Source: Amphiscolops sp. MND2022
Taxonomy: Eukaryota
DNA length: 64,000 nt
Assembly: GCA_964187785.1 (NCBI GenBank)
Contig: OZ076413.1
Location: 46,812,001-46,876,000, forward strand
Reading direction: 5' to 3'
Shown: piece after piece, positions 1 to 12,075 of the stretch
How the letters are laid out: each line of letters begins with the position of its first letter
How positions within the stretch are numbered: position 1 is the first letter of the stretch
Program-made: the position numbers and the translations under genes
The notes under the pieces: model-generated
The model's database searches: none
What the model was told of the DNA's origin: nothing
What the model saw: the letters and a program-made list of their open reading frames with translations, nothing else

Positions 1-169
1 GTGATTGTTGTCGGCTTCTGATTTGGCAAACGCGGTGTACCGAGAAAACTTCTTGGTCAAGTGGAAATAGTAGATTTTAGACGTAGGTAATTTTTCAGCG
101 TTTTCGAATCAGATAGGAGTTTTTCGGGCAAGGGTTTGCCTTTGACGTGTATCAGATTTGTTAAATGGG

Positions 170-1460
170 CATTCAAGAATTAAGAATTCTTTTTGATGTA
201 GGAGAGGGCACTACCGTGTTATAGATAATGAGGGTGATCAGACCACATGATCAACAAGAGAAGCATTGATTTTTGGGAAATCGCAACTGCATCATTTTTG
301 CTAGCCTGGTTTTCTCCGTTATTTTCAGATTATCGTGATTGATTATGTCTGGCGTGAATCCTTCTGACGATGACGTCGTTGTCACTGTATTGTCCATAGA
401 GGGGTGTCCAGTGGAGGAGGGCCAGTGTAGTTTGTCTCATGACGATATTGATGTCTCGCAGGAAGTTGTGGGAGAGTTGCTAGCAGGAGGAGTAGACTCT
501 GTGTGCTGTCTTTTCGCTGGACGATTAGCAGCTCCTAGTTCTGATGCATTGAACACTTTGGTTGAGATCATTCTATCAGAAGAATTCCGTGAGTACTTTA
601 TTCGGATATTTCTTTTGACCGGTATCACTTTTTTGGGGAGATGTCGTCACTCCTTTTTTTGTTAATCTTTGAGCGTTTCACATTGGTTGGGTTTGGTGAG
701 GGTGTGTCCTATCAATCCGAATTTGTATTGTTTGCATTCCGGGAAAAAACACGTTCTCAAGGTGTCCGTGGTTCTGTTATGGGTATTGCCGGTTATTTTG
801 CGTTCACAGGGAGCCTGGGCGTGGAAGAGATTGTGTCAGTGCTTCGAGATCTGTTGAGACGGACTGGCGATTTCCCCGTGTCGTCATCATTGAGCGCTGA
901 AGAGTTGAGGAGTCGTCTGTCGATTTTCCTCCAAAGGCAATCAGGTAAATAATGATTACCAGCATATGTCATGTGGTTTTTTTGTTGGGTGGTCAAAAAT
1001 AGTAGTTGTAGCTGCTGTTGGTATTTCGTAGGCAAGGATGTAGTCACCTATGGGGGGTGTATGATGATCAGGCTGTCGTGTGTTTCGCAGGTGTATCAGG
1101 TGCTCGACACGTGACTGTGACAGACCTTGATGTAGTCGTCAATGCGCTCATCAAAAAGAGGTCGAGTTTGGTGAAAGCGACGATTGAAGCTCGGCTGGGT
1201 CACGTGGGCACCGTCGGGGCTATGCTGGTCGAAGAACTTATCACTAAAATGAAATCGGCTATGGAGGAACTTTTGCCCGCCACCGACGTCGTCTGTGTCT
1301 GAGTCTGGATCTGGGGGAATGGGTCAAGGGTCATTGTCTTCGGCAATTAACGAGGATGCCTTCATCGTCGCGACCTGCAGAAAGTTCTGAAGGAGGGTGT
1401 GCCTCGGTCCTCTCTGAGTTCGGTGAGCTGGGGTCGTCAGCGTCAGTTGCTCTTGAGAGC
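170..1460 (-). pseudogene. Decayed Ser/Thr/Pro-rich accessory ORF in the Gypsy 3' region
   Basis: ORF-track pieces 793-1047 and 437-628 plus hand translation (PDSDTDDVGGGQKFLHSRFHFSDKFFDQH...KMMQLRFPKNQCFSC*SCG) form a long interrupted reading frame. The + ORF 1018-1302 is in antisense codon register with it. Confidence 0.45.
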
Positions 1461-1823
1461 ACGAAAACTGCAAAACCTGGTAAGAAACTCATAAGATCAT
1501 GGGATGGGTTTTGGGTATCTAATTACTACTAGCTAAGTCTTAGGCCAAAAAAATGTTTTTTTTTGTAATTTTCCTTTTTTGTAAGAGTTTGAAAGGGCGG
1601 ACCTACGGGTTCTTAATTTGCTGTTCGGATTTCCATGATGTAGTGTCTTTCAGGTCGTCGCGGTAGATTGAAGACGCTAAGGCCGTCGTACTTTGTGTTC
1701 GGTGTCGTTGGATTTCCTCGCCATAAACGCGTAATCGACGGATACGCTAGCTGTCTGTTGTGTTCTGTGGAAGTTAGTATTCTTAGGCGGGGCTTATTTT
1801 CATTGTGGGACCACTGAAAAGGT

Positions 1824-2254
1824 GTGGATCTCACCAGTCTAGAGCAAAAGTACCGGATTATGGTGCAAAAACTTTTGCTGGACAAATCGTGCCGTCCAGT
1901 GTCCGCCGAGGAGGACAGGCGTATTCGTCTAGCGAGGATGTCTGAGCCCCCTGTGTTCTTGGAATCTTCGTTAAGTCTGTCAATCGAAAAACATGTTGCC
2001 ATAGAGGAGGCCGAAGAAGCAGCCGAGAATGCCCCATATTGGAGGCGGAAGCAGTATAGTTCGTGTGGTTGGGCAGTTTTGTGTCAAACTTCATGAACTT
2101 ATGCCCGTTTGGCAATGTCTTGCAAGCAGTGGATATGTGGAGAGCCAATATGATTTCCGAGCTGAAGATAGAATGCCGTGATCTCACCTACGCCCGTTGG
2201 CAGGAAACTCCCCTTTTTCCTCTTGTTTTGTTCGCGTTCTGGTTCGTTGGGTAA
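1824..2254 (+). pseudogene. Possible antisense ORF (one frameshift) in the Gypsy 3' region
   Basis: ORFs 1824-2096 and 2063-2254 overlap and join into a charged, helical-looking protein (LEQKYRIMVQKLLL...IEEAEEAAENAPYW...WLGSFVSNFMNLCPFGNVLQAVDMWRANMISELK). The + strand here is locally purine-rich, unlike its flanks. Confidence 0.35.
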
Positions 2255-2377
2255 GAAGTGGTATATGTTACGACTTGAAGTTTCTTGAATTTGTCATTTT
2301 CTGTTATGACTGGTTTTCGGTGTTATGGTTGTAAGTGTGTGTTGTGTTTCTGGTATTTTGTAAGGGATTGGTGTGTG

Positions 2378-3149
2378 TTATAGAGCTTGGTGTTGTACGG
2401 CTTCTATCAGTATGTAGTCAATGAACTCGACAAAGGAATGAGTGTGAGCGCGAATGTCAGCATCAGTGTTCGCAGACGAGACCAGTACTGGTTATGCGAG
2501 TGCCACCTGATTGATGAACATTCGATAAAGTCCATCGTGCTAGGCGTCGTTCATAGTAACTCTGGAGGAGAGAGGAAAGTGGTCGTGGTGGTTGAACCAT
2601 TGTTGGCGTGTCTGCAACATGCTGTGACTGTGACGACGTACGTCATTGAAGGAAATCCACAGATGGGTCGTGCCTTGGCTGCAGTCTCGTCGCCAGTGAA
2701 GCCGTTGATTTCTGGAGCCTTTTTTCAGGGGATCGTGCTGCAACTTGTGAAAGACTTACTACTGGCAAAGTTCGGAGGTCTGGAACAGTTTGGCTTCCTT
2801 GAGTACTTCCGGTTCCGTTTGCTGGCTGTTGTAGACGATTCTTTCCCGGACCGCATGCCGTTACTTCGTCGTGTAAGGTTTTTGAGTTATTTGGACTATA
2901 GCTGCCTTTATACCTACGTAGGAGCTTGTGAGGCACTTCAAACTTCGAGTTGATTGAATGTCTTTTTCTATTGTTTTGCAAAGGGTTGTGTTTTATGATT
3001 CGTGTCTTTTGTGTTTCAGTACGTGCAAACTGGCGGGAGCGGTGTACCAGCCTTGGCTGCATTGTGCGCCGAGGTTGTCGAGCAATGGAGTGTGCTGGCT
3101 GTGTACTTTGGTACTCATCTAGTACGACATCTGAACTCAGACTTATCAC
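2378..3149 (-). pseudogene. Decayed accessory ORF downstream of the integrase
   Basis: Hand translation LKCLTSSYVGIKAAIVQITQKPYTTK*RHAVRERIVYNSQQTEPEVLKEAKLF...HTHSFVEFIDYILIEAVQHQAL*. The 188-aa + ORF 2387-2953 is its in-register antisense shadow. Confidence 0.4.
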
Positions 3150-3557
3150 GACAATGGAGGGGCAGGTGTTTGCTGTTGCGCTGATGAGACCACGTTTTGC
3201 AGCTTTGCGTGTTATTTTGAGTCTCCGTTAGTATAATTTTTTGGAATAGGTCATAAATGCAGTAGTTAGTGCGCGTGCTTCTAATCATGGGGTGAGAAGA
3301 TGAGAAAGAAAAGGCTTTGGACTACTTGGTTAGTTCGTCACTGTAGGTTTTTACTATTAGAGGTGGTGGTGGTGTTATGTTTTCTCTTTAAACGATTTCC
3401 TGCTTTGTTGTTATAGTGGCTGACGACTGTCCTCGCTTGTGTGCTGGCGGTAAAGACGCAGGACTGGTGGTTGAGCGTGAACTGCCCTAGTATGTGCGCT
3501 ATTTGATGAAGCACGTTTATCCACCATCAACGATTCTCGATGTTTTTGACGTAGGAG

Positions 3558-6500
3558 CTAAACTTTGGCGGAGCCTTTATTGGTAGTGATATGCTTTGGT
3601 ACATATGCATGTTTCGTGAATAAGGCTAAGAGTGCTTCAACTACAGATTTGGTATTCGGAATCGGAACAGCAAACAGATATCGTGAGAAGTAATTGCAGG
3701 CAGTTAGGATGTGAGTACCCATTAGATCGCGGTAGCTCACCAACTAAGTCTATTTCCAGGACGTCTTCAGGACCATTTCAGGGGTCATAATTGGTTCAAG
3801 TGGTGGTGTAACGGTGCTCGATTTTACAAGTTTCGCTTTTATACAGTCTTGGCAATTGTTCACAAACTCCTGTACCATTTTGGCTGAGTTCGCGGCGTAG
3901 TACCTTCTCCTAAGTCCACCTAGCATATTTGAAGCGCCAGTGTGTCCCTGCATGGGTTCGCCATGCAGTGTCCTGATTATGGCTTCCGTAGTTTCTGGAT
4001 GGACTACGATTTGACGGTTAGCTATGTTTCCTACGTTGTCAAAAAACTGCCTATACAACACGTTGTTTACAACTTCAAGCCTTTTACGGTTTTTGTGATG
4101 TTTTTGAAACAACGTACTGGCAAAGTTCACTTGACTGGGTGGGATTTTTGTTTAGCAAGGATCCTTATCATACGTTGGACTTCGGTGTTTAAGCCTTGAG
4201 CCCTAACAATTTCTGAAACCTCCGAAGGGAATACATGATTTACCATATGAACCTGGTTTCGTTGGTATAATCGGGTGAAGAAGGAAGTTGGCTCAGAGGG
4301 CGTCACAAACGGTTGCACCTAGGTCTTGATGTCGTCAATGCGCCTACGGTACTGTTCTTCGTCTTCGTGACACCATTGAGGGAACATCGCCAGGAAAGAC
4401 TGCATTGTTGGGTTTGGTGATGTCGTTTCATCCGGCACGTTCGTCTCCTCGGGTATATTCGTCTTCGTCATCATCCTGTTTGGGCGGTTTCGATGCCAGG
4501 TCGATCTCAACTTTGAACACAGGTAACTCATTGTGCAATTTGAGGTGGATCCTGTCCTGAATGCTGATTTCGATTTCCGACAAGTAGTCCGCCGCCGGAT
4601 TTTCGACTCCAGGTGCATGAGCAAGGACGAAGTCGAGTTGGAGAGCCTGGTCGCAGTAATTCTACAGCTTGGGTGGTATTCTCTTCGATTGGAAGAATCT
4701 TGTGAGGGGCTTCTTATTGGTCATGACTATCGTCAGTTTCTTCACACCCCACAAGATATGTGCCTATTCGTCAAACGCAAAGTGCATGGCCAAGTACTCT
4801 TTCGCGTACATCGTGAGTGACATCTGGCCTTCGGTAAAGCTCTGCGATCCGAAAGCTACTGGTTCGTATAACTTCATCGATCGGCCCAACATTGGAATTT
4901 GTATAGTCCTCTATGAGTAAGACATACGCAGCTGCAAGTTCGCTGGCATCGCACATGATAATTGGTAGTCGTAAAGATTTTTTGCAGCATTGGCAAAGTT
5001 CTCATTAATGTCAAATATCTCATTTTTGTGTTTTTGGGTGAGTTCGTACTTGACCTCTTTCTGTAACAACTTGTATAGAGGAACCAGTTTCTCAGCTAAT
5101 CTCGGAATGTACTGGCGGTAAAACTCCACAAATCCAATATACCGTTGTAGTGAATTCACGGGCGTCGGCAATTTGATGTTCTTCAGAAACTTGTTGATTT
5201 TTTCCTCGATTGGCGCCATGCCCTTGGTGGTAATGCTTCTTCCCAGAATTTCGATCTGAGAGTGACCGAACGCACACTTCGCCATTGACAGCTTCAGACC
5301 GGCCTGTCTATATTTGGTGAAGACTGATTCAAGGTTGTTGACTAGTTCTTCGACAGTGTTGGCTGCAATGCCGATATCGTCAACAGATTGGGCGCATTTG
5401 TCTGCCTTGACTAAAGGGTCCAAGTACTCTCGAACTGTACTGTTGAAGGCTGACAGAGACCAGTTCAATCCTTGGGCTAATCTGAGGAAGGCGAAGGTCC
5501 TGCTTCCAAAGTTGAATGCAAGTAATTGGATTGACTGTTCATCTGCCATCTGCAAGCAGTGGTGTGCTTGTCAACAACCCAATTTGTAAAAGTATCGTTT
5601 TCCAGCCATGTGTTGTGCTGCATCGGCCATCGTTGTCACTGGGTGGTTGTGTTGGTTGTTATCATTCTTCAATAAATGGTTAATTCTTCTGAGGTCGACA
5701 AGAATTCTGAGCTTCCCGTTTGGTTTGCGTTGAGCGAAGATGGGTGAGGAGTACTCGCTGTACGGTAGTGTGAGGATTATACTGTACTCCTGCATCAACG
5801 CCAGTTCAACCAGTAAATCATTTCAAGTTTGTCGGTGTGGGCAAGCTTTGAGCATAGACTGGTTCGTCGGGCTTCGGAGGCAACTTTATCTTGAACTCGG
5901 TGTCGATTCCTATGTCCAGTCTGTGTCTAGCGAAGATATCATGGTACGTGACCAATAAAACTTCGATTGTCTGCTCCTCTTGAGGGTTTAGTATTGATTG
6001 TTCCCACTGAAAGTTTGCTGCAAATTTCTGTCGTTGTTCATCGCTCTCTGTTGAGTCCAACTTCTCCTTTCCCCTAAGTCTGACAATTTCATTATAGATT
6101 CGTTTTTCAATCTTGTTGAGTTTTGATGGATCATCGCATATCTCAGGGGTAGAGTACCATTGTCTGTCTGTTTTTACATTTGGTTCCTCGAAAATTTGAT
6201 TCAAGACTGCAGTGGCTTCCTCTGGGTGTTGTGAGATCAAATTGATTCAATGATTGGTCATCGGCTGCAATTTGTTGGCTTGTTTGGGTGTCATGATTTT
6301 GAACAACGCCACTGACGTACCCACATTCACGGTGATTTGGTAGTCCAGTGGGTTTGTGACTTGGACGTAGGTCTGACCCTCACGGGTTTGCTGAGAGCTG
6401 GAGAGACCAGTAGGTGTCATCGTCTCACCAACGCGGGTAATCCTTAATCCTTCGACAGTGCCAGTGATGTCTCCGAGGTCACGCTCAAGCACCACTGGGA

Positions 6501-8020
6501 CGAACACTTGTTGGTTGGGTTGGATAACTGCCTTCTGTGTGGTTTTCAATTCAAGCAACTTGTTCTTGAATTTCCCGTTGACTGAATTCGATCGCAGTTG
6601 GAGGGTTATGTCCGGGAATTTGACGATGTTGTTGGCCAGGTCTAGAGTAACGAAGTATTTTTTGAAGAATGACATTCTAATGAGTATGTTTCTATTGTCG
6701 GGAGAGCCATGAAGGTTTCTTCGAAGATCTTTCCGCCATTGCAGAAACGTAGTAACACTTGTTTTCGCACTGGCACGATGTTGCCGTTGGCCATTTGAAC
6801 TTTAAACTCGGGGGCGGGGAATCTTAGAGAAGGGCGGCTGAATGAGCTGTTGGGATGCGTCGAAGTTCCGCTTCCGATATTGCACTTTGAAATACCCCAG
6901 TGTCAAGGAGGCCAACATTTTCGTACTCGCGGAAATGGAGTGGTATGTACAACATCCTGTCTTTCTTGTTGAGTTGCAGGGTAGCGCTCAACTGGCGGAT
7001 TTCATAATTTGTCTTCTTCGGTGGGTTGTTTGGTTTTGAAGGTGAGGGTTGTTTGGTTTCGTTAAGTTCGTCGCTCAAGTCATTGCTCGGAGTTTACGTT
7101 TCCATGTTGTTGGCTTCGGCGACGTATAACCAGGTCGAAAAAGTTTGGTCGAAAAAACTGAGGTCGAAACTGGTCGAAAAATAATTGGGTCGAAATTGAA
7201 TATGTAGCATTTTTTGATCGAACGATTAAGGTCGAACTGCTTTTCAAGATAGAATTTAGTCGTAAAAATTAACCAACAATCTTATTTAATCTAATTTCAG
7301 GTTTGGTTATGGGTGACCGCGGTCGTGAACACATCAAATGGCAGAGACTTTTAGTTTATATAATGTGGGGCATATGCGATGTATGCACGCTCGCCCTCAC
7401 CGTCGCAAAGACCAGCTCCCACTACGATCGCTTCGCGATCTCCATTCCCGCTAGGTCTTTGCTCCTGTTCGACCTCGCTTAGCAAGATGGGAATATAAGC
7501 GGCCCCAAGGGGCCGCGGGGCACTAGCGGAAATGGGGACATATCCGAGGCACGTTTTGTACTAAAAAAAACCGCGTTAAAGTTCGTCCATTCTGCAAAAA
7601 GTCGCATTTCTGAACGTTTTGACATTTTTTGAGCAATTCTGACCACTTTCTAGTTGTTCGACGCTTTTCCTATTTTTCTATTCGGTATAGGTCCGTTTTT
7701 TGCAAACTTTCGACCATTTTCTTCGATCATTTTACTTCGATCAATTTCGTTCGATCACAGTTTCGCCCTTGCAATTCGACCGGATTATTTCGACCCGTTT
7801 CGTGTCACCCGTTGGCTTCGTGTCGTCGATCTTTTGGTCTAATGGTGTAGTTATCAGTCAAATATCTCGTAATGACGAAGTTTCTAGTCTCATTAGTGTA
7901 AATTGGAACACGGGACTGCCACCCCGTGTGGTTTGGAGTCTTTAGTCGAGTTTGTGTAGAAGTGGTTAGTTGACGTTTTGGGCGCGCACTTTCGTTTGAT
8001 TGAGGAGGATGACCTGGCAT
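3558..8020 (-). pseudogene. pol: Gypsy pol pseudogene, copy A (PR-RT-RNase H-truncated integrase), interrupted by a MITE at 7118-7810
   Basis: ORFs 6824-7078 (LLDTG), 5571-5798 and 4911-5555 (RT), 3750-4130 (HHCC) and 3558-3743 (FSRYLFAVP...HITTNKGS, integrase core ends abruptly). Confidence 0.9.
7118..7810. mobile_element. Non-autonomous TIR DNA transposon (Mutator/foldback-like), 693 bp
   Basis: 9-bp TSD GTTGGCTTC at 7109-7117 and 7811-7819; empty site in copy B near 11866-11874. Imperfect G-rich TIRs with repeated GGTCGAAA / TTTCGACC subterminal motifs. Confidence 0.9.
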
Positions 8021-8897
8021 TAGAAGTTTTTTGGGTCTTCCACGTCATCATGTCTTCTGGTTTCTTCGGTACCATCATCTGCGTGTGTTGTGTGGGACAG
8101 CTCATTAGCACTGTAGACTTTATTGTTGGTCTGTTTGAAGTCCCTTCCGAACTGCTTGTTTTCCTCCGTTGACTGTTTATTATACGGGACGCTAAGGTAT
8201 GCGGAGGTAGTCGTGTTCCTGTAGTAACAGTCTCGGGCTGAGTGTCCCACATTTCCGCCAATTTGGCACACCAATTTGGAGTTGTATCTGGGTTTCTGTT
8301 CGTTTGTTGGGTTGGGCTGAGCAGCGGTTTGCGAGTTCGGGTTGTCGGATTTGTTTAGGCTTTCTTCTCGAAGTCGTTTTCTGCATTCGGCCTATTTGTG
8401 CCTGTGTATGCCGCAGTGACGGCATCGTCCATCGAACTTCTTCTTGTTTTTCCTGTTTTGTTGGGGTTGGGAATTGGAACACTGTAAGGTAGCCATGTGT
8501 GGCTGAGGTGCGCAAATCCGGTCGAATGGTTGCGCACTAGAGGTAGTTGGAAGGAGTTGTGCATATTGGCATCTTCGTTGTACGAATGTTCGAATTTCCT
8601 CCATTGTGGCATCGTGCTTTCCTACCATCGCTAATTCATTCTGCATTTAGACGGGGAGTTTTGCAAACAGAAATGTCTCTGTAATGTCACCCGATCTGTC
8701 CCCGAATGCTTGTTTGGCCACTTTCTTGTATTTGTTGAGAAAATCATAAACGTTTCGGCCAAAGGGTCATAGCGGATCTGGTCAAATTTATATTTGGCCA
8801 CTTCTTTTAAGTCTCTTTTGGCATACTCTTTTTTGAAGTAACGCAATACTTCTGCCAGCGTTGTTTGGTTTGTTGTTTTGGGTGACTGCCAGAATTC
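8020..8897 (-). pseudogene. gag: Gypsy gag, 5'-truncated duplicate (copy A)
   Basis: ORFs 8631-8846, 8392-8646 and 8020-8274 match the gag at 12075-12959, including the CCHC knuckles. Confidence 0.88.
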
Positions 8898-8900
8898 GAT

Positions 8901-11900
8901 TTTTGTTTAGCAAGGATCCTTATCATACGTTGGACTTCGCTGTTTAAGCCTTGAGCCCTAACAATTTCTGAAACCTCCGAAGGGCATACATGATTTACCA
9001 TATGAACCTGGTTCCGTTGGTAGAATCGGGTGAAGAAGGAAGTTGGCTCAGAGGGCGTCACAAACGGTTGCACCTGGGTCTTGATGTCGTCAATGCGCCT
9101 ACGGTTCTGTTCTTCGTCTGCGTGACATCATTGAGGGAACATCGCCAGGAAAGACTGCATTGTTGGGTTTGGTGATGTCGTTTCATCCGGCACGTTCGTC
9201 TCCTCGGGTATATTCGTCTTCGTCATCATCCTGTTTGGGCGGTTTCGATGCCAGGTCGATCTCAACTTTGAACACAAGTATCTCATCGTGCAATTTGAGG
9301 TGGATCCTGTCCTGAAGGTTGATTTCGATTTCCGACAAGTAGTCCGCCGCCGTATTTTCGAATCCAGGTGCATGAGCAAGGACGAAGTCGAATTGGAGAG
9401 CCTGGTCGCAGTAATTCCACAGCTTGGGTGGTATTGTCTTCGATTGGAAGAATCTTGTGAGGGGCTTCATATTGGTCATGACTATCGTCAGTTTCTTCAC
9501 ACCCCACAAGAAATGTGCACATTCGTCAAACGCGAAGTGCATGGCCAAGTACTCCTTCGCGTACATCGTGAGTGACATCTGGCCTTCGGTAACTCTCTGC
9601 GATCCGAAAGCTACTGGTTCGTGTAACTTCATCGATCGGCCCAACATCGGATTTTGTATAGTCCTCTATGAGTAAAACATACGCAGCTGCATGTTCGCTG
9701 GCATTGCACATGATAATTGGTAGTCGTAAAGATTTTTTGCAGCATTGGCAAAGTTCTCGTTAATGTCAAATGTCTCATTTTTGTGTATTTGGGTTAGTTC
9801 GTACTTGACCTCTTTCTGTAACAACTTGTATAGAGGAACCAGTTTCTCAGCTAATCTCGGAATGTACTGGCGGTAAAACTCCACAAATCCAATATACCGT
9901 TGTAGTGAGCTCACGGGCGTCGGCAGTTTGATGTTCTTCAGAAACTTGTTGATTTTTTCCTCGATTGGCGCCATGCCTTTGGTGGTAATGCTTCTTCCCA
10001 GAATTTCGATCTGAGAGTGACCGAACGCACACTTCGCCATTGACAGCTTCAGACCGGCCTGTCTATATTTGGTAAAGGCTGATTCAATGTTGTTGACTAG
10101 TTCATCGACAGTGTTGGCTGCAATGCCGATATCGTCTACAGATTGGGCGCATTTGTCTGCCTTGACCAAAGGGTCCAAGTACTCTCGAACTGTACTGTTG
10201 AAGGCTGACAGAGACCAGTTCAATCCTTGGGCTAATCTGAGGAAGGCGAAGGTCCTGCTTCCAAAGTTGAATGCAAGTAATTGGATTGACTGTTCATCTG
10301 CCATCTGCAAGCAGTGGTACGCTTGTCAACAACCCAATTTGCAAAAAGTATCGTTTTCCAGCCATGTGTTATGCAGCATCGGCCATCGTTGTCACTGGGT
10401 GGTTGTGTTGGTTGTTATCGTTCTTCAATAAATGGTTAATTTTAATGAGGTCGACAAGGATTCTGAGCTTCCCGTTTGGTTTGCGTTGAGCGAAGATGGG
10501 TGAGGAGTACTCGCTGTACGGTAGTGTGAGGATTATACTGTACTCCTGCATCAACGCCAGTTCAACCAGTAAATCATTTCAAGTTTGTCGGTGTGGGCAA
10601 GCTTTGAGCATAGACTGGTTCGTCGTGCTTCGGAGTCAACTTTATCTTGAACTCGGTGTTGATTCCTATGTCCAGTCTGTGTCTAGCGAAGATATCATGG
10701 TACGTGACCAATAAAACTTCGATTGTCTGCTCCTCTTGAGGGTTCAGTTTTGATTGTTCCCACTGAAAGTTTGCTAGAAGTTTCTGTCGTTGTTCATCGC
10801 TCTCTGTTGGGTCCAAATTCTCCTTTCTCCTAAGTTTGACAATTTCATTATAGATTCGTCTATCAATCTTTTTGAGTTTTGATGGATCATCGCATATCTC
10901 AGGGGTAGGGTACCATTGTCTGTCTGTTTTTACATTTGGTTCCTCGAAAATTTGATTCAAGACTGCAGTGGCTTCCTCTGGGTGTTGTGAGATCAAATTG
11001 ATTCAATGATTGGTCATCGGCTGCAATTTGTTGGCTTGTTTGGGTGTCATGATTTTGAACGACGCTACTGACGTACCCACATTCACGGTGATTTGGTAGT
11101 CCAGTGGGTTTGTGACTTGGACGTAGGTCTGACCCTCACGGGTTTCGCTGAGAGCCGGAGAGACCAGTAGGTGTCATTGTCTCTCCAACGCGGGTAATCC
11201 TTAATCCTTCGACAGTGCCAGTGTTTTCTCCGAGGTCACGCTCAATCACCACCGGGACGAACACTTGTTGGTTGGGTTGAATTACTGTCTTCTGTGTGGT
11301 TTTCAATTCAAGCAACTTGTTCTTGAATTTCCCGTTGACTGAATTCGATTGCAGTTGGAGGGTTATGTCCGGGAATTTGACGATGTTGTTGGCCAGGTCT
11401 AGAGTAACGAAGTATTTTTTGAAGAATGACATTCTAATGAGTATGTTTCTATTGTCGGGAGAACCATGAAGATTTCTTCGAAGATCTTTCCGCCATTGCA
11501 GAAACGTAGTAACACTTGTTTTCGCACTGGCACGATGTTGCCGTTGGCCATTTGAACTTTAAATTCGGGGGCGAGGAATCTTAGAGAAGGGCGGCTGAAT
11601 GAGCTGTTGGGATGCGTCGGAGTTCCGCTTCCGATAATGCACATTGAAATACCCCAGTGTCAAGGAGGCCAAAATTTTCGTACTCGCGGAAATGGAGTGG
11701 TATGTACAACATCCTCTCTTTCTTGTTGAGTTGCAGGGTAGCGCTCAACTGGCGGATTTCAAAATTTGTCTTCTTCGGTGGGTTGTTTGGTTTTGAAGGT
11801 GAGGGTTGTTTGGTTTCGTTAAGTTCGTCGCTCAAGTCATTGCTCGGAGTTTACGTTTCTATGTTGTTGGCTTCTTGTCGTCGGTCTTTTGGTCTAATGG

Positions 11901-12075
11901 TGTAGTTATCAGTCAAATATCTCGTAATGACGAAGTTTCTAGTCTCATTAGTGTAAATTGGAACACGGGACTGCCACCCCGTGTGGTTTGGAGTCTTTAG
12001 TCGAGTTTGTGTAGAAGTGGGTAGTTGTTGTTTTGGGCGCGCACTTTCGTTTGATTGAGGAGGATGACCTGGCAT
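8901..12075 (-). pseudogene. pol: Gypsy pol pseudogene, copy B (PR-RT-RNase H; ends at the duplication junction)
   Basis: ORFs 11581-11835, 11136-11432, 10574-10996, 10369-10554, 9666-10310 and 9183-9647. Confidence 0.9.

Noticed and set aside
2387..2953. 188-aa + strand ORF (and 339-665, 641-952, 1018-1302) as genes
   Set aside because: Val/Leu/Gly-rich ORFs with non-ATG starts. The two I checked (2387-2953, 1018-1302) lie in exact antisense register with decayed minus-strand frames.
170..3149. env gene for the Gypsy element
   Set aside because: No convincing signal peptide, furin site, fusion peptide or C-terminal TM segment in any frame I translated.
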